From positions 11,055 to 75,054 of the forward strand of contig JAJZLH010000010.1 in the NCBI GenBank assembly GCA_021803575.1: 64,000 nt of DNA, written 5' to 3'. Below the pieces are notes generated by a model. The model did no database searches. It was not told the origin of the DNA and saw nothing but the letters and a program-made list of their open reading frames with translations. Position numbers and translations under genes: made by a program. This DNA is from Bacillota bacterium (lineage in GTDB: Bacteria; Bacillota; Sulfobacillia; JAJZYS01; JAJZLH01). Position 1 is the stretch's first letter; the number at the start of each line of letters is the position of its first letter. Positions 1-9,370 of this stretch are shown here, in pieces.

Positions 1-1224
1 CCGGGACCGATCAAAGGAGATATGGTGGCGCCCTTCGTCCGGCGCAGGCTGGGCAAGGAGCCGGTCACCTACCCGGCAGCAGGGCTGGAGGATGTGCTGC
101 AGCGCACCTACGGCGTGGTGGTCTATCAGGAGCAGGTGCTGGAGATCGCCGTGCGGGTGGCCGGGTTCAGCCCCGCTGAGGCCGACCAGCTGCGGCGGAC
201 GATGAGCCGGGCCCGGTCCAAGGCCCAGATGCAGGCCTTGGGCGAGGTGTTCTGCAGCCGGGCCGTCCAGCGCGGCGTGGACGGCGAGGCGGCAGGAGAG
301 ATCTGGCAGACCCTGCTCGGCTATGCCTCGTATGGATTCGCGGAGGGACATGCCGCTGCCTTCGGGCTGATCGGCTACCGCACCCTATACCTGCTGGAGC
401 ACCATTCCGCCGTCTGGTATGCAGCGCTGCTCAACCACCAGCCGATGGGCTACTACCCGCCGCAGACCCTGGTCACGGAAGCGAGGCGGCGGGGGATCGG
501 GGTGCGGGGGCCGGACGTGAACCAGAGTGCGATGCGGTGGACGGTGGAGGACGGTGCCCTTTGCTGCGGCCTCCTGCAGGTGCGGGGGCTAGACCAGGCC
601 GAGGCGGAGCGGGTGTTGGCCAACCGGCCCTACCGCACCGTGCGGGAGCTGGCGGAGCGAACTCAGCTGTCCAGGGCGGCGCTGCAGCAGCTGGCGATGG
701 CAGGGGCGCTGGACGGCATCTCGTCCAACCGCCGAAATGCGCTCTGGCAGATAGAGGGCCAAGCTGCCCTGAGGGACCTGCCTGACTTCACAGCTGCCCG
801 GCGGCTGGCCCTGGAGATGGCTGCCCTGGGCCTGGCCGTGTCGGCCCATCCGCTCTCCTTCTTCAGACCCAGCCTGGAGCGGGCCGGCGTGCTGCGCACG
901 GACCAGGCGCTGTGTGCGCCGCACCGGATGCAGGTGGCGGTGGCGGGGGCGCTGGTGCGTCCGCACCGCCCGCCCACCAGGTCCGGTGAGCGCGTGGTGT
1001 TCTTGTGCCTGGAAGATGAGAGCGGGCTGCTTGACGTGACGGTGTCAGAGGCAGTCTATCGGCAGAGTGCGGACGCCATCTTCGGACCGGACGCCTGGCT
1101 CTTGGCCATCGAGGGCACGATGCGGGAGGTGGGGACAGGTGCGAACCTGGATGCACAGCGGGTGACGCCTCTTCGCACCTATCTGAAGCAGGTTGGGCCC
1201 GCCAAGCTCCCGCTGCTGCGATGA
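1..1224 (+). CDS. dnaE: DNA polymerase III alpha-subunit family (DnaE/DnaE2-type), C-terminal ~400 aa; 5' end lies outside the window
   Basis: Open frame continues to nt 1 with no upstream stop. Contains the DnaE finger/HhH region 'YGVVVYQEQVLEIA...GFSPAEADQLRRTM' followed by an OB-fold segment 'RVVFLCLEDESGLLDVTV'. It ends ~30 aa after the OB fold, so there is no long tau-binding tail; that is compatible with Firmicute DnaE or error-prone DnaE2/ImuC and cannot be decided here. Confidence 0.7.
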   Translation, partial: PGPIKGDMVAPFVRRRLGKEPVTYPAAGLEDVLQRTYGVVVYQEQVLEIAVRVAGFSPAEADQLRRTMSRARSKAQMQALGEVFCSRAVQRGVDGEAAGEIWQTLLGYASYGFAEGHAAAFGLIGYRTLYLLEHHSAVWYAALLNHQPMGYYPPQTLVTEARRRGIGVRGPDVNQSAMRWTVEDGALCCGLLQVRGLDQAEAERVLANRPYRTVRELAERTQLSRAALQQLAMAGALDGISSNRRNALWQIEGQAALRDLPDFTAARRLALEMAALGLAVSAHPLSFFRPSLERAGVLRTDQALCAPHRMQVAVAGALVRPHRPPTRSGERVVFLCLEDESGLLDVTVSEAVYRQSADAIFGPDAWLLAIEGTMREVGTGANLDAQRVTPLRTYLKQVGPAKLPLLR

Positions 1225-1287
1225 GGGAACGCCGGTGCCCAGAGCGAAGCTAGGGGAGACGGAAATGGAAGGCGAGGTGGCCCGCCG

Positions 1288-1734
1288 GTGAAGAAGATTC
1301 CTCCGATCGCGCCCGTCGACGCCAAAGGACCGCTCGGTGTGGTGCAGCTGCCCAGGCTCTGGTCGAAGGTGCTGCTCGATGCCAACGGACTCTTGCCCGA
1401 GGGCTATCACGTCTGCGGCAACGGCTTCGACCGCATTGTGCTGGAAGGCCTGGGCCTGGAGCGCGAGGCGGTGCTGACCTACATCGTTTCGACGCGCCCC
1501 ACTTATCCGCAGTTTGAGGCCTGGGTGGCCTCCCAGGTCGGCCCGGTCTCCGCTGAGACCAAGGCAAGGATCAACGATGCCATCTTGAGGTTTGCGCCCA
1601 GCCCGGAGCGGCGCGCCCAGATCATCGAACGGCTGGGTCTGCCCCCTGACCATCCGGCCGCCACCATGGTGGAGCTGAACACGCTCGACGACTGGGCCGA
1701 GTTCCATCGCTACCTGACCGAGGAAGGGGCCTAA
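1288..1734 (+). CDS. conserved hypothetical protein, 148 aa (possibly DUF5069-like; uncertain)
   Basis: GTG start. Protein has hydrophilic conserved-looking motifs (GVVQLPRLWSKVLLDANG, CGNGFDRIVLEGLGL). No catalytic motif recognised. The 3' end overlaps the convergent SRAP gene by 4 nt. Confidence 0.4.
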   Translation: MKKIPPIAPVDAKGPLGVVQLPRLWSKVLLDANGLLPEGYHVCGNGFDRIVLEGLGLEREAVLTYIVSTRPTYPQFEAWVASQVGPVSAETKARINDAILRFAPSPERRAQIIERLGLPPDHPAATMVELNTLDDWAEFHRYLTEEGA

Positions 1735-2414
1735 TCGGAAGCTTCGGCAGCCAGCGGCCGGATGCATTCCGGCGAGTCAACGCGCGGGTCGCTGACGGCC
1801 CGTGACACTTGGTGTGCCTGCATCTGCTCCGCGTCATAGGGTGTCATTAGGCTGTCCAGATCAGCCTGGCTGGTGACAGCAGGGTCCAGCCAGACGCTCT
1901 CCTGCTCCGGGCGCACGATGACCGGCATGCGGTCATGCATGGGCGCGATCAGGGAATTCGGGCTGGTCGTGATGAGGCAGGCGCTGACCGTGCGCTCACC
2001 GCTGGGGCTCAGCCACTCCTCCCAGATGCCGGCCATGGCGAAGAGGTGGCCGTCCTTCATCGAAAAGTGCCACGGAGAGCGGTGCGGCGGTTTTCCTGTC
2101 CACTCGAAGAAGCCGTCCGCCGGCACCAGGCAGCGGCGCTGGCGGATGGCCTGGCGAAACATCGGCCGGGCAAAGACGGTCTCGCTGCGGGCGTTGATCG
2201 GCCCTGGGCGGCCGTCCCGGCTCCAGGTTGGGGTGAGACCCCAACGCAGCCACAGCACCCGCCGGCTGGCTGCCTGGCCGGTTACAGCCAGCACCGGCTG
2301 GGATGGCGCAATGTTGTAGCGAGGCTGGTAGAGGCGATGCAGTTCGGCCAGGTCCAGGAGGAAGCGGGCAGCCAGATCCTCGGCCGGAGCAGCCAGTGTG
2401 TAGCGTCCGCACAT
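1731..2414 (-). CDS. SOS-response-associated peptidase (SRAP / YedK / HMCES family), abasic-site processing protein
   Basis: N-terminus 'MCGRYTL' (catalytic Cys2 hallmark); family motifs 'WGLTP', 'NARSET', 'PADGFFEW'; 227 aa. Confidence 0.85.
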   Translation of the reverse strand: MCGRYTLAAPAEDLAARFLLDLAELHRLYQPRYNIAPSQPVLAVTGQAASRRVLWLRWGLTPTWSRDGRPGPINARSETVFARPMFRQAIRQRRCLVPADGFFEWTGKPPHRSPWHFSMKDGHLFAMAGIWEEWLSPSGERTVSACLITTSPNSLIAPMHDRMPVIVRPEQESVWLDPAVTSQADLDSLMTPYDAEQMQAHQVSRAVSDPRVDSPECIRPLAAEASD

Positions 2415-2419
2415 GGTAG

Positions 2420-2797
2420 CTAGGCATCTCCGCGATGGCAGATCTCCAGGAGGTTGCCATCGGGATCGGCGAAGAAGGCGGCGTAGTAGTCGGGAGTGTA
2501 CTCGGGGCAGGGTGCAGGCCCCTCCATCCCAATGGCGCCGGCTCCAGCCGCGGCGGCTGCGGCTGTATCGACAGCCACCCGCGATTCGGCGCCAAAGGCG
2601 ATGCGGGTGTGCCCGGGCCGGTGGGAGCTGTCCTCAATCAGGCTGAAGAACGGCCCCAGGCGATGGGGCGATGAAAACTCCACCCAGCCGTGATCCTCGT
2701 CATGCTCGGACAGACCCAATAGCGGCAGCCAAGCCCCGTAAAAAGCCCGAGCCCGCTCCAGGTCGCCGACGCGCAGATCGATGTGGTCGAGAATCAT
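2420..2797 (-). CDS. VOC / glyoxalase-bleomycin-resistance family protein (~125 aa)
   Basis: ORF 2420-2935; start moved to the internal ATG (residue M47, 'MILDHIDLRVGDLERARAFY') because it is preceded by GGAGG at 8-nt spacing. C-terminal 'DPDGNLLEI' is typical of the VOC fold. Lies 5 nt upstream of the SRAP gene on the same strand (probable operon). Confidence 0.6.
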   Translation of the reverse strand: MILDHIDLRVGDLERARAFYGAWLPLLGLSEHDEDHGWVEFSSPHRLGPFFSLIEDSSHRPGHTRIAFGAESRVAVDTAAAAAAGAGAIGMEGPAPCPEYTPDYYAAFFADPDGNLLEICHRGDA

Positions 2798-2940
2798 GGC
2801 CAAACCTCCGTCTGAGCGCTGCCTAGCCTGCTTCGCCATCGGCGCCGACTGCCCCTTGGCAGCAAGTGATAGGCTGACCGGTGGAGCCCGGCCGAGCACG
2901 GGACAGGAGACTGCCGGGGGCTGGGGAAAGGACACGAACC

Positions 2941-4056
2941 ATGGGATGGAACCCGCCGAGCCGGGGTCAGCGCCGGAAGCGCAAGATATGGAAGTGGCTG
3001 GCCGTCGCCGCGCTGCTGCTGGTGGCCACTGGGCTGGCTCTCCACGCCCGCCAGCGCTGGGGCCTGGTCAGTCTGCAAGGCGGTGCACTGACCGTCACGG
3101 TGAAGGGAACTCTGGTCGACACCGGCTTCTTGCACAGACCGTCCCCCAAGCAGTATGTGGTCAACGGCAGCGCTCCTGCACCTCTCCGCTTCACGTCCTG
3201 GTCTCCCGGCAAACTGGGGGTTGGCACCAACGATGCTCACAACCCGGTCTACCATGGCTTGTTCTATGTCACCACCCAGATGTTTCCAGCCAATTCGTAC
3301 GTGCAGGTTGTGGTCTATCCGATGACCGTTTCCACTGGTGCCAGGCAGAGCGCCGAGACGGTCGTGGCGGTGCAGACCGGCTCTACAGGCCGCACCGGCC
3401 TGATCAACTACCTGGTGGTGTCAGAGCTCTCGTTCAATGGTCACAAGCCACGATTCCTGGTGGGCTATGCCCACGGCTACATCGCCGACGCCGCCACAGC
3501 GTCGTACGCTTACCACCGGGCAGCCCGCCTCGTTGCAGCGGACGTCCCCTATACCGTGACCATTCAGACCAACGGAACCACCACTGCCCGCTACTGGTTG
3601 GACAACCAGCTGGTCTTCGCCTCCGCCAACCTGAAGCTGGCGATTCAGCCACCCTTTCAGGTGTACCTCGAGGTGCAGGCAGACAACATGCGCTATGAGG
3701 CGTTTTTCAAGCACTTCGCAGTGTTCTCGGGCTCGACCGTCCGCCTCTTCCATCTGCCGCCGGGTGCCACGGTGTCCTTCACGGCATCGACCGCCCACCT
3801 GCATGCCACGGCGTCGGCAGGCGGGGTCGCCCTGCTACAGATGCCGACTCCCACCTTGCAGGCGACAGGAACCCTGGCCGTGCGCGCACCGAGTGGAGCC
3901 AGTTGGGCCTGGACCGGGCAGACGCTCAGCGGCGGTGAGGTGGTGCGCTTTGACGCCATCCCGCTCGCCTTGCGCTGGATGGCTCTGGTGCCGCGCGTCA
4001 CACTGCCGCCGATCCACTGGCCGAGGCTGCACTTGCCGTGGAGTCGCCTGCCATAG
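2941..4056 (+). CDS. hypothetical membrane-anchored/secreted beta-rich protein (371 aa)
   Basis: ATG at 2941 (M21 of ORF 2881-4056) preceded by AAGGA. Basic N-terminus, then one TM/signal-anchor 'IWKWLAVAALLLVATGLAL', then a long V/T/Y-alternating region. No recognisable domain. Confidence 0.45.
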   Translation: MGWNPPSRGQRRKRKIWKWLAVAALLLVATGLALHARQRWGLVSLQGGALTVTVKGTLVDTGFLHRPSPKQYVVNGSAPAPLRFTSWSPGKLGVGTNDAHNPVYHGLFYVTTQMFPANSYVQVVVYPMTVSTGARQSAETVVAVQTGSTGRTGLINYLVVSELSFNGHKPRFLVGYAHGYIADAATASYAYHRAARLVAADVPYTVTIQTNGTTTARYWLDNQLVFASANLKLAIQPPFQVYLEVQADNMRYEAFFKHFAVFSGSTVRLFHLPPGATVSFTASTAHLHATASAGGVALLQMPTPTLQATGTLAVRAPSGASWAWTGQTLSGGEVVRFDAIPLALRWMALVPRVTLPPIHWPRLHLPWSRLP

Positions 4057-4089
4057 CCGGAGAGGGGAGGGCTGGCAGGAGTACACGCG

Positions 4090-4809
4090 CTAGTTCTCGA
4101 GGTAGTCGTCTGTGAAGGGCCGCAGGTCCAACTCGAAGCTCCAGCTCGAGGGCGCTTGGGTCGCCACCTGGTAGTAGGTCTCGGCGATGTCGGCGGGGTG
4201 CAGGTAGTCCGGGGCATCCCCCGCCTCTCTGGCGGCCCTGGGCGTCAGGATGGCGCCGTCGATCAGCAGGTGGGCGATGTGCACGCCCTGGGGGCCCCAT
4301 TGCCGCATCAGGGACATGGCGAGGCCGCGCAGGCCGAACTTGGCGGAGGCGAAGGCAGGGGCCCTCCCGGGCGCATGCACCGACGAGGTGGCGCCGGTGA
4401 AGAGCAGCGCGCCGTTTTGCCGCCTTGCCATGGACGGCAAAAGCCGCCGGGCGTGGAGGAAGGCGCCCCATGGCCCGGTTTCCCAGGCGGCCCGAAACTC
4501 TTCGGGACTGACCTGGTCGACGCCGCCGGGCACATAGTTGCCAGCGTTGTACAGGAGGAACTGGACCGGACCGAGTGCGGCCTCCAGCCGATCGATGGCG
4601 CCTGCCACCGCCTCTTCATCGCTCACGTCGTAGGGCAGGGCCAGGGCCCTGCCGCCAGCGGCCGTGATCTCGTCGGCGACGGCTGTGATGGCCGCGCCGG
4701 AGCGCGCTCCTAAGGCGACCGGGTGCCCGGCCGCGGCGAAGCGCCGGGCCAGGGCCGCACCAAGGCCCAATCCCGCGCCGGCGACCAACACAGATCCCTG
4801 GTCAGGCAA
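4090..4809 (-). CDS. SDR-family short-chain dehydrogenase/reductase-like protein (~239 aa)
   Basis: ORF 4090-5103; likely TTG start at residue L99 with GGGGGTG just upstream. Rossmann motif 'VLVAGAGLGLGAALA' and 'LYNAGN' present. The active-site YxxxK position reads 'FASAK' (Tyr replaced by Phe). Confidence 0.55.
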   Translation of the reverse strand: MPDQGSVLVAGAGLGLGAALARRFAAAGHPVALGARSGAAITAVADEITAAGGRALALPYDVSDEEAVAGAIDRLEAALGPVQFLLYNAGNYVPGGVDQVSPEEFRAAWETGPWGAFLHARRLLPSMARRQNGALLFTGATSSVHAPGRAPAFASAKFGLRGLAMSLMRQWGPQGVHIAHLLIDGAILTPRAAREAGDAPDYLHPADIAETYYQVATQAPSSWSFELDLRPFTDDYLEN

Positions 4810-5101
4810 GAGAGCACCCCCGTGGCGGCTAGGAGACGTGGCGCCTGGTTCATTCCGCGTTTGCCCACAGAACCCTGGCGCCTTGCCAGTCATCCCGGGT
4901 GGCCGATCACCGGGAAGGGAGGCGATGGGGCCCTGGCAGCCGGGGTGACCGGCCGCCCCAGGGCATCTCCAGGACATGAGACAGGCGTCGGCGAACGGTC
5001 GGCGAAGCCACCCAGCGGATGGCAGGGCCTCGGGCGGGTCATGGTGGGCGGCCGGACGGGGCAGTGGCAGGATCCGCCCGGCAGGTGAGGGGAGGGAGCC
5101 C

Positions 5102-5338
5102 ATGCTGACTCTCTATGGCGCACTCGCCGTGTGCTTGATGATGGTCTTCTACGCCCTCGAGCCGCGTGGGAGGCGCTTCACGCTCCTCTTCGCCGTGGCC
5201 TGTGCCCTGTCGTCGCTCTACGGCTGGCTGGCTGGAACATGGCCGTTCGGCGTGGTTGAGGCGGTCTGGGCACTTCTGGCCGTGCGGAAATGGTGGCGGC
5301 TCGACCCGCACCTGCCGCAGACGGGCGGGCCCGACTGA
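5102..5338 (+). CDS. small hypothetical membrane protein (78 aa, 2 predicted TM)
   Basis: ATG at 5102 (M43 of ORF 4976-5338) preceded by GGGGAGGGAG. Hydrophobic segments 'LTLYGALAVCLMMVFYAL' and 'LLFAVACALSSLYGWLAG'. Confidence 0.35.
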   Translation: MLTLYGALAVCLMMVFYALEPRGRRFTLLFAVACALSSLYGWLAGTWPFGVVEAVWALLAVRKWWRLDPHLPQTGGPD

Positions 5339-5441
5339 GCGGCGGATCGAGCGGAGGGTGTATCGTGCGGGGAGGATGGCTGAGGCGGTGGGCGTGAAGC
5401 CAGGGAGTGATCCGGGCCAGAGGCTGAAGGAGGAGAGCCAA

Positions 5442-6641
5442 GTGCGCTACGACTTCGATCGCCCGGTGGACCGGCAAGGGACAGCGTCAATCAAGTGGGA
5501 CGGCCGCACCGACCGCTTCGGGAGAGCAGACGTCCTTCCCATGTGGGTGGCCGACATGGACTTCCCGTCTCCGCAGCCGGTGATCGAGGCACTGGCCGGC
5601 CGCGTCGGACACGGTATCTTCGGTTACACCAGGGCCGACGAGGACTACCGGCAGGCCGTGATCGGCTGGCAGGAGAGACACCACCACTTCACGCCCCGCC
5701 CGGAGTGGCTGTGCCACAGCCCAGGCGTGGTGGCTGGTCTGGCCCTGATGGTCAGTGCATACAGCGCAGCCGGTGACGGCGTGATCATCCAGCCGCCCGT
5801 CTACCACCAGTTCAAGGCCGTCCTCGACGCGCTTGGCCGCCGGACCGTGCTCAACCCTCTGCGCTATGATGGCGAGCGCTACACGATCGATTTTGCCGAT
5901 CTGGAGGCCAAGGCGGCCAGCGCCAAGATGCTGATCCTGTGCAGCCCGCACAACCCGGTCGGCCGGGTCTGGCTTAGAGACGAACTGGTTCGGCTGGGAG
6001 AGGTGTGCCTCCGCCACGGTGTGCTGGTGATCTCTGACGAGGTGCACGCCGACCTGGTGCTGGGAGATGTGCCGCACACGCCGTTTGCCAGCATCTCAGA
6101 GGAGTTCGCCCATCACTCTGCCACCTGTGTGTCGCCGAGCAAGACCTTCAATCTGGCTGGCATGCAGACGGCGGTGGCCATCATCGCCGACCCTGAGCTG
6201 CGGCGGGCGTACGACCGCTGGCTGCACGACTACCACCTGTGGGGGTTGAATCCGCTTGCCCTCACGGCACTGGTGGCAGCCTACACCCACGGCGACGAGT
6301 GGCTGGAGCAGCTATTGGCTTATCTGCGCGCCAACGCCGCCCTGGTCGTGAGTTTCGTCCGCGATCGGATGCCCGAGCTTCGGGTGCAGCCGCCAGAAGC
6401 GACCTACCTGATGTGGCTGGACTGCCGGGCGCTCGGCATGACAGGCTCGGCACTGGAGCGCTTCTTCGTGGAGGAGGCGGGTCTTGGTCTGGACGGGGGA
6501 CACCAGTTTGGGGTGGGCGGCGACGGCTTTCTGCGCCTGAACATCGCCACAGCGCGCTCCCGGCTGGTTCAGGCCCTCGAGCGCATGGAGAACGCGCTGT
6601 CGGGTCGGCCCCGGGAGCGGGCCGCAGCCACCGAGGGCTAG
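5442..6641 (+). CDS. patB: PLP-dependent C-S lyase (PatB/MalY-type cystathionine beta-lyase, aminotransferase class I/II fold)
   Basis: GTG at 5442 (V93 of ORF) preceded by GAAGGAGGAG. N-terminus 'RYDFDRPVDRQGTASIKWD...LPMWVADMDF' matches the PatB/MalY signature; PLP-lysine region 'SPSKTFNLAG'. Confidence 0.75.
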   Translation: MRYDFDRPVDRQGTASIKWDGRTDRFGRADVLPMWVADMDFPSPQPVIEALAGRVGHGIFGYTRADEDYRQAVIGWQERHHHFTPRPEWLCHSPGVVAGLALMVSAYSAAGDGVIIQPPVYHQFKAVLDALGRRTVLNPLRYDGERYTIDFADLEAKAASAKMLILCSPHNPVGRVWLRDELVRLGEVCLRHGVLVISDEVHADLVLGDVPHTPFASISEEFAHHSATCVSPSKTFNLAGMQTAVAIIADPELRRAYDRWLHDYHLWGLNPLALTALVAAYTHGDEWLEQLLAYLRANAALVVSFVRDRMPELRVQPPEATYLMWLDCRALGMTGSALERFFVEEAGLGLDGGHQFGVGGDGFLRLNIATARSRLVQALERMENALSGRPRERAAATEG

Positions 6642-6894
6642 GTAGCCCTCGATCCTGGCAGGACGTCAGTCGTTGGCGAGAGAGCAACGGGGCAGTCTTC
6701 CCTGCTGTCCGTCGCCAGCGAGGCGGGGCGCAGGTGAACCCGTGACACTCCGCTCGGCCGGTTGCAGCGTGTGCACCACAAGCCATGGGCCACTTTTCAC
6801 TAGGCAGGCGCGGGGATACCATAGCGATGAGGGGGGAGTGAAGGACCTGTCCTGACAGAGCCGACTCGCCAGTTGCTCGCAGGAGAGCGATGTC

Positions 6895-9339
6895 ATGGTT
6901 TACGCCGAGGAACATCGCCGCACACGTTTTCTTCCTCTTTCATCCTATTGGTTCGCTGTGAATATGCAGTCAGCAGCACTGCTCGCCATCGCGGTGCCGG
7001 AGAGCCTGCTCCGCTTCGCCGGAGCTGGTCACACCACAGCGCTGGCGCGGGTTGCCGCCATGGGCGCCATCGTCTCCATGGTCGTGCCGCCAGCGATGGG
7101 GTGGGTCTCGGATCGCTGGAAGCAGCGCGGCATTCAGCGGCGGACCATTGTCGTGGCCGGCGCCGTCGCCAACGTGGCCGGCCTTCTGGCCATGGCCCAG
7201 GCCACCAGTCTGACTACCCTCACCCTTGCCTTCATGCTCACCATGCTCGGTCAGAATGCGGCGCTGGCCGCCTTCGAGGCGCTCTTGCCAGATGTTGTGC
7301 CGGAGAATGCCTGGGGACGGGCCTCAGGCGCCATGGGTGTAGCCACGCTCACCGGCAGCATCTTCGGCCTGATCTCGGCCGGGCTGCTAGGCGCCGCCTG
7401 GGCTTACGAGATCATGGCCGTGACCACCGTTTCGGCTCTCGTCCTCACCTACTGGGTGCATGAGACACCAAAGGCAGAGCAGGCGGCTGAACCAGCGAGC
7501 GAGGTCCCGAAGAGCAGACATGACTTCGGCGTGACGTTTGTGGCCCGCTTTCTGATCATGCTGGGCCTCACCTTCCTGCTCACCTTTGTCCTCTACTTCT
7601 TTCAGGATGTGCTGCACGTGCAGAATCCCGGCGAGGGCACGGCAACGGTGGCTGGCGTCGCCCTGATCGGAGCCGTGATCTCAACCTGGGCGATCGGGCA
7701 CATCGCCGATCGGGTGAAGAAGTCCTACGTGGTGGCCGCCTCCGGCGTGCCGATGGCGCTGGCGGTCTTCGGCTTTGCCCTCTTCCCGGAGGAGCGTGTC
7801 ATCTTCGCCCTTGGCATCCTCTACGGCCTCGGCTACGGGGCGTTCCTCTCATCGGACTGGGCGCTCGCCCTGGCCACGCTGCCAGATCGCCACCATCGGG
7901 CCCGCGACCTCGGCATCTGGGGCATCGCCTCCAGCTTGCCAAATGTGGTGGCACCGGCCATCGGCGGCGTCATCATCACCGCCTACGCCCTGCCCGCGGT
8001 CGGTTACCGCGTGCTCTTCGCCGTGTCGGGTGCGTGCCTACTGCTGGGCTCGGCAGTCGTTCTGGGCGTAGGCCGGCCGGAGAACCGCACCTCGCTGCTG
8101 CACATGGCCTTCATGGCCTTCATCGCCGGCATTCTCACCGCCTATGTCAAAATTGCCTACCGCTCGCGCATCATTGGCCGTCTTCCCTTCCGTCGCGGCG
8201 CCACGCTGGTGGTTGCCAACCACAACCAGGACCTGGAGGGCATGGTGCTGCCGGCCGCCCTCTTCCTGGGCGGTCCGTGGACCCGGCCGGTGTACTCAGC
8301 CGGCTCGCGCCGCCTGTTCGAGCCCTACTTCCTATGGGATAGGGCGCCGAAGTGGCTCCGCCCGCTGGTGGCGTGGCTGCCGCTGATGCACATCATGAAC
8401 GCCCTCGGGGTCCTCCCCATCGAGAACCAGCCGCGCCGCCGGCCGCTCTCCAGCCTGCTCTATGACATCCGCCTTAGGGAAGGTGATCTTCCGCTCGCCT
8501 CCGTCATGACAGCCGAGGGCCTGGCAGAGCTGTCCCAGGCGGCAGGTGTTGATCTCAGCGCCGCCCGCCTCTCCGACGTGTGGCGCCGGGCGCGCCTGCG
8601 CGACGCCGGCCGGCGAGAGGCCTCCTACCGCCTCTTGCAGCCCGCTTACCGCGAGCAGATGAAAGTCCGCACCCGGGAGATGGTGAGAGAGCAGTTCGCC
8701 AGGCTCAAGGCTGTGCTTGTGTCAGGCGGCACCCTCTATCTCACCCCGGAGGGCATGATGTCCCCGGATGGCCGGCTGCACCGCTTCAAGGAGATCCTCC
8801 GGGTGCTCCAGCCACTGGCCGATCAGGTGTTCATCGCCACCCCGTCGTGTGATCCCTTCGCCTCTGGCCGCCTCGCCATGACCCTGCGCATCGTGCGGGC
8901 CAGCAGCCCGGACCTGAGAGGAGAGATCCTGCGGGCCCGCCCGATCACCGTGAGCCAGGTGCTGGCCGAAGCCCTGATCATGCTCAAGGGGCCGGCCTAT
9001 CCCGAGGAAATCGCGGAGGCTGCCCTCGGCGGCCTCGACACCCTGCCTGCCGAGGCCTGCCTGGTTCCTGCCGCCAAGTCCGATTGGGCGCGGCGGATCC
9101 GGGGCGAGATCGCGACCCTCCGTGCCCGCCGCATCCTGATCGACGCAGGAGACGGCCGCCTCGTCCTCTCGCCCAATCGCCACGATCGGCGCTTTTCCCA
9201 TATCCCCGACATCGTGGTGGCGTGCGCCAACATGCTGGCCGACGCCAGGGCCGCCTTCGCGACGGCGCAAGCCGCCCCCGAGCCGGCAACCAGCCGGACG
9301 GAGGCGCTTGGCGGCGGAGCACAGCGGTATGGCAGTTGA
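6895..9339 (+). CDS. fusion protein: N-terminal MFS transporter (~12 TM, LplT-like) + C-terminal lysophospholipid acyltransferase (LPLAT/PlsC-like) domain
   Basis: Single 814-aa ORF. Residues 1-~400 form a hydrophobic MFS-like 12-TM region with an MFS loop 'GWVSDRWKQRGIQRR'. The C-terminal half carries LPLAT motif I as a variant 'ANHNQDLEG' (H-x4-E instead of H-x4-D) and a clear motif III 'LYLTPEGMMS' (compare FPEGTR). Resembles an E. coli LplT/Aas-type lysophospholipid re-acylation system fused into one polypeptide. Confidence 0.65.
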   Translation: MVYAEEHRRTRFLPLSSYWFAVNMQSAALLAIAVPESLLRFAGAGHTTALARVAAMGAIVSMVVPPAMGWVSDRWKQRGIQRRTIVVAGAVANVAGLLAMAQATSLTTLTLAFMLTMLGQNAALAAFEALLPDVVPENAWGRASGAMGVATLTGSIFGLISAGLLGAAWAYEIMAVTTVSALVLTYWVHETPKAEQAAEPASEVPKSRHDFGVTFVARFLIMLGLTFLLTFVLYFFQDVLHVQNPGEGTATVAGVALIGAVISTWAIGHIADRVKKSYVVAASGVPMALAVFGFALFPEERVIFALGILYGLGYGAFLSSDWALALATLPDRHHRARDLGIWGIASSLPNVVAPAIGGVIITAYALPAVGYRVLFAVSGACLLLGSAVVLGVGRPENRTSLLHMAFMAFIAGILTAYVKIAYRSRIIGRLPFRRGATLVVANHNQDLEGMVLPAALFLGGPWTRPVYSAGSRRLFEPYFLWDRAPKWLRPLVAWLPLMHIMNALGVLPIENQPRRRPLSSLLYDIRLREGDLPLASVMTAEGLAELSQAAGVDLSAARLSDVWRRARLRDAGRREASYRLLQPAYREQMKVRTREMVREQFARLKAVLVSGGTLYLTPEGMMSPDGRLHRFKEILRVLQPLADQVFIATPSCDPFASGRLAMTLRIVRASSPDLRGEILRARPITVSQVLAEALIMLKGPAYPEEIAEAALGGLDTLPAEACLVPAAKSDWARRIRGEIATLRARRILIDAGDGRLVLSPNRHDRRFSHIPDIVVACANMLADARAAFATAQAAPEPATSRTEALGGGAQRYGS

Positions 9340-9370
9340 GATGCTGAAGCGGACTTCTGGGATGCTTCTA

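Noticed and set aside
1-1224. Calling the polymerase specifically DnaE2/ImuC
   Set aside because: Only the C-terminal 400 aa is visible. A short C-terminus after the OB fold is shared by Firmicute replicative DnaE and DnaE2, so the subtype cannot be assigned without upstream sequence.
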